Of a DNA stretch of 64,000 nucleotides, positions 52,551 to 64,000 are shown one piece after another. A model generated the notes under the pieces. It was not told where the DNA came from and ran no database searches. It was given only the letters and a program-made list of their open reading frames with translations. The stretch's first letter is position 1, and each line of letters starts with the position of its first letter. Source of the DNA: Auanema rhodensis (lineage: Eukaryota > Animalia > Nematoda); NCBI GenBank assembly GCA_964057225.1, contig OZ059896.1:7006001-7070000 (forward strand), read 5' to 3'. The position numbers were made by a program, and so were the translations under genes.

Positions 52551-52558
<8 letters not shown>

Positions 52559-55213
52559 AGAAGAATTTCATTAATCATTAATATCAATCACTTTTTTTTT
52601 GAAATTATTTAAATTTATTGAAAACAATGCTACAAATTAGATTTGTTTCCAAAATAAAACAATTTTTTTGACGTAAATGGCTCTGAATTTTTAAAATACA
52701 TGACGTAACATTTCATTTATTCGTCAACAGCAGCAAAAGCAGCTCTCTTAGATGAGATGTATTATTCTATACAGATTTCTACTTCTTTTTTTTTCTTAAT
52801 TTTCTTTATTTATAAATTTTAATTTTGAAAATTAAAATTGTTTCATAAATTTAATTTTATTATTTTAATTATAAGCATCATTGCATTGTTTTCAAATCAA
52901 AATTATAAACGGGAATTTTTGATTAGTCCACCAATATGGTGTAATTCCAACTTATATATCTTATACTTCCATTCATTATATAAATATACATGTATATATA
53001 TATATATATATCTATATGAACTTTGCTGTTAATTTGTATTCTATCGAATTAAATTTTCTTTTTTTTCGTGTAGATTTGAGATTTGAATCATCCTGAGCTA
53101 TGACGATATGTTGACTACGTTGACTTCAAGGCTTCATCTCACAAAATAATAAAAAAACGTTTTTTTCTCATGATAACCTCATAAGACTGCTTAACATACG
53201 GTGTATGTTACATACAAGAATTATTATATATTTAGTTCTTTAAGGTATTCTTTCATTCATACGTTTCACCGGATCAGATAAATTCCGGATTTTAATGGAT
53301 TATAAAATGAGTTAGATTTGCCTTTTAATATATTTATAATTCTTGTAAAATGTTTGATTTTTTATGTTAAAAAAAGGAAATTTTATGATTGAATATATTT
53401 ACGGCGTGGCTCTAATGAATGCTTACATGGTATACGGTATAAAATCATCTTTATACTATATGAGTATGTTTTACTCTTCAATCATTAATATTTAACTATT
53501 TAAATAATAAAATTTTAAATTTTAAAATATTTATATAAACATTTATAAATTAATTAAATAAATATAATATATATTATATTATAGTATAGTATAGTATAAA
53601 TTCTTATTTATTTACATATATATTTAATGAAATTATTACGGTAGTTAATAATGTATGAAAATAAATTAAAAATTAAATAAAAAGATAAAAGAAAGATAAA
53701 CAAATTTATTGTTTAGATTTACAGTTGATAAAGATAATAATTCTTCTTTTTTTTTTAAAATAGTTTATATAATTAAATATTTCATTTTGTTCCTTTGGTT
53801 TTAGATTTTCGTGTTCTTATTTTCAAACAAAATAATTTAATTATTATATAAAATGAATAATACTATATATAATTATAAAATATCTTTTTATCCAACTCTA
53901 TATTTTATTTAATTTTTCTTTTATACTGTAAATAGTTTTAAAGGCCAATATATAATTGACGTTTATCAACTATAACTCTATTTCAATTATTTTGTTGGAC
54001 TATTTAACTAATATTTATTATCATATTATCTATATTTTTAAATAAAAAATTAATAATCTATAAGCCATTAAGCTTATATTTCCTAATAAGAGGGGATATC
54101 ATTATAAAATTCATTTTTATCAGCTAAATAATAAAAAAAAATGAGGATTTATTCAAATTACATCTTTACAGTAGAAAATTGAAATTCTACAGAAAAAAAA
54201 GCCGAATAATAATATTTGACATATATATTTTAATATTAATATATAATTCTTTGCTTTTTTGATAAAAATAATATATATATTAGTTAATTTTTATTTGTAC
54301 TATAGTTTAGTGACATAACTATATTAATAATAATAATAATAATAATATTCTTATAAAGAGAAACATCTAAGATATATATATTCTTGTATGAACACCCAAA
54401 AAAAATTTTTTTTTTGAAATTATAATGAAACGTTTTCAAAATAATTATTTTTCTTCCTTGTTCTACTAATATACCTTCTCTCTCTCTCTTTCTTTCCTAC
54501 TTTTTTTTCTCTCTTCCGTATGTACATATACATGCATATCCTGCTTATATATAAACGACCCTCTTAGCCTCATGTGCTGTTGGTCACACTGGTCGTTTAA
54601 GTCTGAAGCATCAATGCTACTCCCCCCCCCCCCCCACTTCTCTCCTACTCCACGTTCATCTGTTCAATCTCTAGCACTAATTGTCAGAAAAAAAAGTTTT
54701 TCTTAGTAATTTATTATAAAAAAAATGTTTAATTAGGCTACACTAAACTGTTTCTAGTCAACCTTTGATATGATAATGTTTAATTTATGATTATTATCTT
54801 TTTTAATGATTTTAACGTTTCTTTTTCATTCTTTTTACTATCTTATACGATTTTAATAGTTTATAGTTTCCTATACATTGTAGTTTATCAAAATTATTTA
54901 AACTTTAAAAAATAGAAATTTAAAATTTTATTTTTTCAAATAAAAAAAACAGGATTTTCTCCATTTTTTGCCGATTTCTTCATGCATGAGCTGTACGAAA
55001 GCATGTTATACAAGTAGCATTCAAAGTCCATCTCTGAAATGCTTTCGGATACCAAATACAATTTTTTTTTTTCAATAAAATTTATTGGTTCTATTTTCAT
55101 TCCTACAGCTATTTTTTTATTACTAAAGAACAAAAATGAAAAGATTATAATGATATCTTTTTTTATTTTTTTCAATCTATCCATATTTTTTAGTTACAAC
55201 CTACTATATAGTA

Positions 55214-55300
55214 ATATATCTATATCTATATATTACTACTACTACTACTACTACTACAACTACTATTACTCTTACTACTCTTATATATATATATATATAT
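55214..55300. repeat. (TAC)n and (TA)n simple repeats
   Basis: TACTACTAC array and TATATA runs. Explains the poly-Tyr ORF. Confidence 0.9.
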
Positions 55301-56696
55301 AACTTGGCTTGTATACTATATACTATAGACATATCTCCTCTCATATATTATGTTGAGAAACAATCTTTTTTTTTTCTTTAAAAAATTATAAAAAAAATCT
55401 CTCATTAACACAATAATGTGTATAGTTAGTTATATAGTTAGTTAGCTTTACATGATATATGCATGTATGTATATACTATGAATCACCCATAGACACACTT
55501 TTTTCAACATTCATAACTGCAATAAGCCTTTGTATCGTTTTGACTTAATTCATATTCACATTTCCATATATAGAATACTCAAATATAATTACTTCCCATA
55601 AAGTTCTTTGATTGAAGCACAAACTATAACTTTTTTGACCATCGCTACGTCACTTTTCACTTTCTTTCATTCGATTGAACTTTGGAAAATTTCATAAAAC
55701 GTGACTTTAATTATTCTTTATATATGTATATATCTATACCTTATATGTAAATAGTAAAATTTAGATAAAAAAGATCATGAAAGACTTCGTTTTCATTAAA
55801 TTTAAAAAAAAATGTTACGACATATGTAGATGTATCTAGAAACATCTCTTATCTCTATCCAGTTGTGTCATATTAAATTTCATAGAAATATGGTCTTTTG
55901 ATATAGAATATCAATATTATATATTTATATTTATTTATAATTATAATTATAATAATGATAAATTTTAATTTTTTTTAGTTCTCTTAGAAGATGATCTTCG
56001 GTTTTTTTTTAAAAAAAATATATATTTATACATGTAAATATACTTTTTATTTTATTTTTAAATAATATTTAAATGATTTTAGCAAAGATTTCTAAATATT
56101 AAGTTTTTAAAACTTCATTACTTCATCTGAACTTCATATGTCAAATTTGAACAGTTCATTTTTTAAATTTTAACAATGTTTCAGGGAATAATAAGGCAAA
56201 TAAAAACTTTGTTTCAGACAAAATGTCATTTTGGCATTTACACCTTATTGCAGATGAGCTTATTATTAAAACTTTGCTCATTATAATTGAGTAAAGCACA
56301 TATTTCTACAGTGAGTCCAATTGAAATAATATATATAGTACTGAATAACTCAAGAATAAAAGATCATTTAGACCTTATTAGGTTTGAAAAAATGCTGCAA
56401 ATGCTATACAATACAAATGTGACTAATTAAAATATTATATTCTACATATCATTTAAAAAAATTGAAGAATATAATATATATTTCCATATTGTATCTTTTT
56501 TTTTTTTTTTTTGGAATAAAATGGTGAAGTACATGCTTTTTTACTTTTATAGAAAAATCTTATTATTTATTTTATAATAATATTAATATTATTATATATT
56601 AAATATAATAATAATAACTTTGAAATAGTAGAAGATTATGATGTTGATTAGAGCAGAAACTAGACATTTAGAAAAAGTTGAAATTCAATGTTTTCA

Positions 56697-56697
<1 letters not shown>

Positions 56698-56731
<34 letters not shown>
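56698..56731. repeat. (TC)n microsatellite
   Basis: TCTCTC run. Confidence 0.9.
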
Positions 56732-56735
<4 letters not shown>

Positions 56736-59700
56736 TTTTAATAGAATAATTTCAATGTTTATGTAAATACATAGATATGCATAGTTTTGCTATATATTTT
56801 ACATTTCTTATTTATCTTCAATCTTTTTCATCTAACGAATGACTACTATGAGAAACTGATTCCAGAAGGATATTCTCTTATTCTCAATTTAACATTCAGT
56901 TTCCTATTCGTATAGTGTTGTCTCCATGAAGTAATAATACAATTCAGTTATTTTTCTTTTTCCAACAACGGAAGGAAGGAATTAGGTATGAACGATCTGT
57001 TTTAGGATATACCGTTGTTGAAAGCTTGTATAAGAAGGCTTAAGGTCACAACAGTTTGTGTGCAACTTAGACTAACATCGAACTGATTTCGCTCTTTGAT
57101 CTTGAACGAAAAACATCAAATATTAGAATACACCTTTTCGTATAAAATTATTTAAAAAGATAATAATGCCTGAAGTCATGAGCATATCTCATCCGGCTCT
57201 GAAATACAGCTGGACACCACAGCCCAGCCAATTATTTTAAATGCAAAAAATCTTTGAATCGAATTATGAGCATTACAAACAAACTCTAATTAAATATTTA
57301 TTACTTTAAAACTAGATAAAAGAATATTCATATGAGACTCCCTTTTGAAGCTTCTCCAATTTCACTTCTTTAATTGTTTTCAAAAAAAAAAAAAGAAATT
57401 AAAAAACTGTTTAAGCCTATAAATTTATATATACTATATATGAAAATATATTATTTAAAATAAAATAAAAAAATATTGCTTAATGATCTTGATGTTGTTT
57501 TATAAAAAAATATTTTTAGTATATATAATCGCTTAAAACGGTTCATCTTATTCTTTGGACTTTTCACCTGGGGGGTTCAAGCTTAAAAGAGATCACAATG
57601 GGACTAATTTATATATTTTGAAAATAACAAAACACTCAATTATGATAAACATTGAATCATTATTCTGTTTTAGCAGACAGTTTTTTGAATTTTATATTTC
57701 TTGTATGGAAGACATTGAATTTCTTCTATTTTCAATAGCTTCTCATATATTCCTTGTATATAATTAGTTAGTTATATCATATAAATTAATATATTTTCTT
57801 AATTAAAATCTATTTTCTTCATAAACTTCTTTCATATTTATACTTTTATAGAAATATACATATATTATTGTTTCAAAAGTGAAATTACTGAAGAAAAACA
57901 AACTTTTCTTAAACTCTAAACCCAACTAATCTTTGTTTAGAAAAACATTATCTTTCTTGAGGAACTTAAGTTATTGTTTTTTCCTTTGTATTCTTTTTTT
58001 TTTGTTCCATTTTTAAATTGCTAACATTATATTTAAGATTGTTGTTTATGTTCAAAAGAACAAAATCATACTGCTGTCTTTGATTGTCTTACTGATCGCT
58101 TTCGTCATCCTCTTTCTGTTCATCTTGCCATTCAACTATTATATTATATTTTTATTTTTAGATGAAAAAAAAAATTTGTTTGGAAAAAATTAGAATAGTG
58201 TACTAGAAAGTACTCTATTTTCTTGTTTTGTCTCAGTAAAATATGTGAGATATATAGTTATATATAGTAATGTATAGTTATATATAACAAATAAGGTAGT
58301 TCAATGGTGTCTATATCAAAAAAAAAGTATATTAGAGTGAAAGATAAAGAAAAACAAACAGCAAAAAACTAGCAAAACACGTATTGAAAAGTTAACACTT
58401 CAGGCTTATGTGCTTCTGCGTGATTTTCCAGAGAATTGAGAGAAAAAAAACAAAAAAAAAAAAAAAACAACAACCTCAATTCGCTATTGTAATACCAGAT
58501 ATGAAAGATATAGCTCTATTATGAATAGATATAAGTGTTGAAAGAGTATTATTATTCAAATTATTTATATTTATGTCTATTTTTTTATTTTTTAGAATCG
58601 TTATTATATAAATCTATATAATAATAATAATAATAATAAATAACTTTTCGTATAAAGTATATACCGATGTGTATGCATTATGAGAATTTCTTTTTGAGAG
58701 CTGTAGACAATGATGACAAAGGTGGTATTCCTTCTGCTGATGACGTACAAAACAAATGAATTCAGTTCTATCTACTATAGTAGTACTAGTACAATCATCA
58801 TCATCATCATCATCTTAATCATATTTCTTTTATATCAGATGCATTATGTACGCGGATTCTTGAGAATTATTTAAAAGAATCCCATATATTCACTCCAATC
58901 ACATGTGTTTTTGGAATTTTTTGAAAACGAAACAGATACGTTTAGGAACTGAAATACATGCAATCATCTACGTAATCATGATATAATTTCATTTATTTAT
59001 TCTATTCTATATATTTCCATAATTATTTTTTATTATATGATAATTTAAAGTTCAATTTTCCTATTATGTCGTCCTCATTGCCATTCACAGTTTCCAATAT
59101 TTATACTAGTGGAACTGACGTATGGATTATGTTTGATGTTCCTCCATTGATAATGATTATGAACATTAAATCCTTTATCATTATATTCTATATATCTTCT
59201 GAGCCATTTTTGCAAATCTGAGCAAAATTTACTTTTTTTTCATTTCAGATTAAGGAAGTTGCAGGATTTAGTTGGCTGCAAGTGTATGCATCACACACTA
59301 AGCTATTATTTTTTTGAGAAAAAATAGTTGCTATTATCATTATTGTGATAATCTTATGAAATATACAAAATTACATTTCTTTATTCTATTTGTTTCTAAT
59401 TATTTTGACATTACTGATGTTATAGTTAATTCTCAAAATCTGTAAATGTATTCATATATGTATATACATATACATATATATATAGAAGATAGGATGTAAT
59501 TTAATATTTTACATATATATATACGTCTATTAGATAATATTAATTATAACATTCATTTTTATAATTATATATTTAACTATTCTTTTGATGATATATATGA
59601 TATAAATCATGTGCAGCATGGATGATCGAACAACACACTATGATGTCATGTTTAGAGCATCAACTTGCCAATCTTAAGTATTTCCATAACAAAAATTCAA

Positions 59701-60614
59701 TTATAAACATGAAGTTAAGGATAATTTAAGTAATATAAAACGTTGTTTTATCAAAACTTTCTTGTTTACGTAAAACATTTTGCGCAAATACGTATTTAAA
59801 GCCTTTTCCTTCTCGCTTTTCTATTTACTTCAGTTTGATGTCTCAACTTCTCTTCTTTCATTTTCACGTTTTTTTCGTTTCACATGGATATTTTTATCCA
59901 ATAAGGTATGTCTTCTACTGATTAATCCTGTTATACTGATAAAAGATTCCATGCTCGACCATCTATAGATCAGACATCAGTTAGCGTGATGCGGTCAGTG
60001 ACTGAAGGCGGATTCTCAAATGTTTCTGCCAATAGCCTAGCTCCGCCTTCGCAGATATTCAAACATCGTTGCTGGTGTCCGGCTCCCCCCCCCACTTATA
60101 ATTCTTTTTATCAGAAAAAACCTTCAAATTAACTCTCATTTCTTTGTTTTTGAGCGTCATCTAAGCCTTTTTTTCTTTTCTCATCTGATGAAAGTTTACA
60201 GTTGTTGATTAGAGGCCGTGCCGCCGTCATACACTTTTCCTGTCCTCCTCAGCATTTTTTTGTTCGTTTTTCAAACATGAAAAAAAGATTTTAAATATAT
60301 ATTTATATATAGTATATACTATTTATTAATAATATAGTATATATAGTATAATATAAATGTTAGATCTACATATAAAAAATCTGATTCTTCTTATTATTTT
60401 CAAAACAACTCTTGTGTTTTCCAATCAAATCTTAAATCGTTGTTATTCCATTTTAATATAAATTCTATTTATATTATTATTATTATTATTATTCTGATTT
60501 AACTGATATGCTATTAGAAATATTTTATTTCATTGATTATCTTCTTTTACTTTGATTTTTTTAAAAAAAGATAAACCGCCTACCCATTTCTGCTCTTTAG
60601 GTATACCCCGGGTT

Positions 60615-63600
60615 ATGCGACCCGATGGCATGTCACCGCTGACAACCGGGTTAGAAGAAAATGCAGGACAAACTACCAAAAATATGGTGAATTCTTAAGA
60701 TTTTTTCAACATAAGGAATATAATTTTTCAATAATTTAATATTTCTTATATTTTTCTAACTTGATATCAAATATATCATAATAATTACAATATATTCGTT
60801 TCATATTTCGAGAAAAAAAAAGTTGGAATTAAATTGCAAAGAATATTTTTTTCAAAAAAATAAAAAGTAAAAACTTAATAAATACATAATTAATATTTAA
60901 ATTAACATTCTTTCGTTAAATTATTGTTGAAATTAATTTTGCTTTTTTTATGAAAACATTTGCATTTTTTTCTGCTAAAAAATTTATTAATCAGTGAACA
61001 ATACATGCTTTTGAGCATCAATTTCATTAGAGATCAATGAAATATTAATGATTTTCGTTTTAATTTTTAAAATAAAGATATATTTTCTTTTGATAAAAAA
61101 AATTTAAATAATTACAAAAAAATTCTTCAGTATCGTTATTTACTACGCGATTCACGGCAACGGCTCATATTTCTTTGGCCTTCAACTTTTTTAATATTGT
61201 TATGCTCTATGAGCACTGTGGATGCTTTGGCATTTTATGTGGGAAGTAAGTAACCGTTTTTTTACTTTAAATTAAAAATGCTAATAATATATTTCATATT
61301 ACTAATTTTCCTATATTTACAGCTTCAAATGGCCAATCTATTCGCGAACAACCCAAGGCAATACAACGTGAAACTCAAAGCGATTTGTATGAAAGTTCGA
61401 ATGAAGATGACGATCCAACTTCAAATGAAAAGATTCGAGAAGCCGTTGCATTAGCTTGTCAAGCCGCTCATCTCAGTGAAAAATTCGTAAGTTTTTTTCT
61501 TTTTCATACCTATTACAACAATCATATTCGGAAAACGAAAATTTTATATATTTCTTATTCTAGAGATCAAGATTGAAGGATCCAATAGAATTTCTGAAGG
61601 TTTGCGAATTAATACGGGAAACGATTCAAAATAGAACATCCGATGAGTCTCAGCCTGAGCGCTAGGGCTTTAGAACGGTTAGTTATCACCTAAAATCACA
61701 ATTCATTCTATGAATTTTCAGAATCCTCGCATCGCAGCTGTTGTCATCAACTCAAAATATCTCGCAAAAGCTTCAGACCAAATGATCTCTGACTATGTTC
61801 ACCTGTCAATTTTAACGAAATTCTTTATTACTCCCAAATATATAACAATATAATTATAATTTTTTCCTCTAAATCTTAAGTTAAAATATATTTTTTTAAA
61901 ATTAATAACACTATTATTATTATTTGATTATGGTCATTCAGATAAGTTATATTGTTACTATGTTTTTTTAAAGCTTCTTGATTCATTTCCTATATTATCC
62001 TGCTCGGACAAGGATTAGTAATTTATAAAAAAAAAGAAGACAGATCCTATTCCTCGGCTCTCGCTTTTTCTCTCTCTCTCTCTCTCTCTCCCTATGTTTC
62101 TTTCTTCCTCTCTCTTTTTACCTCTTCTCCCACTCTTCTCTTCCTACAATTCGTCTACCCTCCCACAATCCAGCATCATCTTTCGATTCCATCACCACAG
62201 ATCTGAAAATCGTCGTCGTCCATTGAATGTCATAAAAGTTTCTATAGAGTTTTTAATATGTCCTTCTGTTGTAGTTGCCAAGCAAGCTTATAGCTTAGCA
62301 TTAAAGAAATGTTCTTGTATAAGAAATATGAAAATAGTTAAATAGACGATTTTACAATATACTATATAATACAGATAGATATACATACATACATATAATT
62401 TATTTCTTTTCCCTTTTTTTTTCTTAAATTATGAATATTACAATGATGATACATGAATATTATTATAATATATATAAAACATTTATATAATCATGATGAT
62501 AATCTTTTTTTATTTATAAATACAAATATATATTGTAATACAAACATTGATACATGTTTCATCATCATGATTGATCATTTATTAACTTCGACAATATCCA
62601 ATTTATTTTTCTTTTATCTAAATAATAAAACAAAAAGATTACAGAATTAATTTGTCTTCTTGAAAATATATATTTTTATTTTTATAAAATAAAATTATAT
62701 GAAGTTTTATGTTGCATTCATCAAGTTCATACTTCATACAACTTTTGCAAAAGTTTTAAAGTTGAAACTAATACAGTAATAAAATTAATTTTATACAATT
62801 TATGAAATTCCCTTATTTTTTATTAAGAAAATTTTAGAAAAAAGTTGCATATTTGAAATATGAATGGGTTTTCTCCAGAATCTAAAAATGAATCATAGTA
62901 ATTGTGTAATATCGTCATGTTCATAAATCTGAAACGCATGTGTCATAAATGGAGGTATGTGTAGCAAAAGCTTATCATGTTTGAATATGCTTTGATGATT
63001 TCAAAACTTAAAGCTATTAAACTTTTGAAAGAATTTTCTTGACGACAGTTTGGAAATATCCATATAATAGAATATGAGAGATGGAATGCTGAAGAAAGTC
63101 ATATAGTTGCGAATAGAAGACGCAAAATGAGAGATTCTGGCAAACGAAGCAAAGGTGACAGAATGAAACTAAAGAACATGGTAGATGACGAATCAAATAA
63201 TAAAATAGCTAAGTGTTATATAAACTTATCAAATGGCTCTTGATGCTATAGGATAGTTTAGTTCAATTCAATTTTTACGTTAAAGAAACATTCTGTGCTT
63301 TCTCCTTTTCTTTTCTAAATTATTTTGCTTTTTAAGGTAAAGATGAAGCTATTTCATGAGAAAATGATGTTTAATTATGTTTTAATATTAGTTTATATGG
63401 TATGAAATTATCTTTTGTTTTACAAATGTTTTTAAATTTTGTCATTAGTGTACCCAAGTACAGTGTGTTGATCCTGTTCCACCGTTACCAGATTTTGACC
63501 CTTTGATATTCTTTGGACGACCAAAATATGGAACATTATATGATAATTCAAATAATAATAAAACAGTAAGATATATTAATTATAAATTATATACTATATG

Positions 63601-64000
63601 ATATGGTTAAGGATGCAAATTATGAATATGGGTATTTCAAACAAAAAATTGATCATTTTGATGACAAATCTGATTATTTTAAGCAGGTATAAGAGTATAA
63701 TTTTATAAATTAGTATTTTTGTTGTATAATTAATTTAATTTGATTTCTTATTTTATTATGAAAATTATGATTATTTAGCTTTATTACTATCGAAGCATTG
63801 AAGATTCTTCTTGCGTATTTCTAATTCTTGGAGGAAATGGCAATTTCTCAGATAATTCGGTTAGAATTCTAAAGATAAATACTTAAAGTATTTAAAATTA
63901 AAACATAATATATCTTTCTATTCTGCAGATAACAGCAAAAAATTCTCCTTTTCTTGAATGGGCTGAGATGAACAGAGCTAGTATCTTTGGCTTAGAGCAT
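60615..64000 (+). CDS. Peptidase S28 (prolylcarboxypeptidase/pcp-like) gene, 5' part, truncated by window end (exons 60615-60686, 61131-61245, 61323-61486, 61564-61599, 61722-61796, 63449-63565, 63612-63686, 63779-63859, 63929->64000)
   Basis: Exons join in frame. Last exons give FFGRPKYG (nematode S28 propeptide-like), YFKQKIDHF, FKQLYYY, VFLILGGNG and AEMNRASIFGLEH, all S28 hallmarks. Linkage of the first five exons to the S28 part is inferred from phase only. Confidence 0.75.

Noticed and set aside
63049-63243. ~65-codon open frame in the long S28 intron
   Set aside because: No recognisable homology, weak splice sites, and the flanking exons join without it.
1-64000. Conserved miRNAs, tRNAs, SL RNA, TTAGGC telomere arrays or DNA-elimination motifs, transposases
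   Set aside because: Only isolated seed- or hexamer-length matches by eye. No full-length match, array or transposase ORF was seen. A computational scan could still find short elements.

Overview
Eukaryotic, AT-rich, intron-dense DNA from a rhabditid (clade V-like) nematode. The assignment rests on C. elegans-like proteins, TTTTCAG-type acceptors and mostly 40-50 nt introns. I reconstructed eight genes by hand-splicing: TM9SF3 (+, 135-2970); an egl-18/elt-6-type GATA factor (-, 3848-6925 core), followed by a ~22 kb gene-free, strand-skewed regulatory/intronic region; ddb-1 (-); svh-1 HGF-like serine protease (-); cox-18 (-); a FAM241/DUF4605 membrane protein (-); tag-77 FGD-family RhoGEF (+); and, after an extremely AT-rich 11 kb stretch, the 5' part of an S28 serine peptidase (+) that runs off the window. 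I saw no tRNA, rRNA, CRISPR array or intact transposon. Best leads: (1) a chain of phase-compatible mini-exons just downstream of ddb-1 that could be a distant 5' end of egl-18, implying an operon-driven isoform with a ~22 kb intron; (2) a p97/CDC-48-binding SHP box at the C-terminus of FAM241; (3) tightly sized 40-47 nt introns with frequent AAG acceptors; (4) an N-terminal extension on the S28 peptidase. Gene names come from my recall of homologous sequences, not from a database search.
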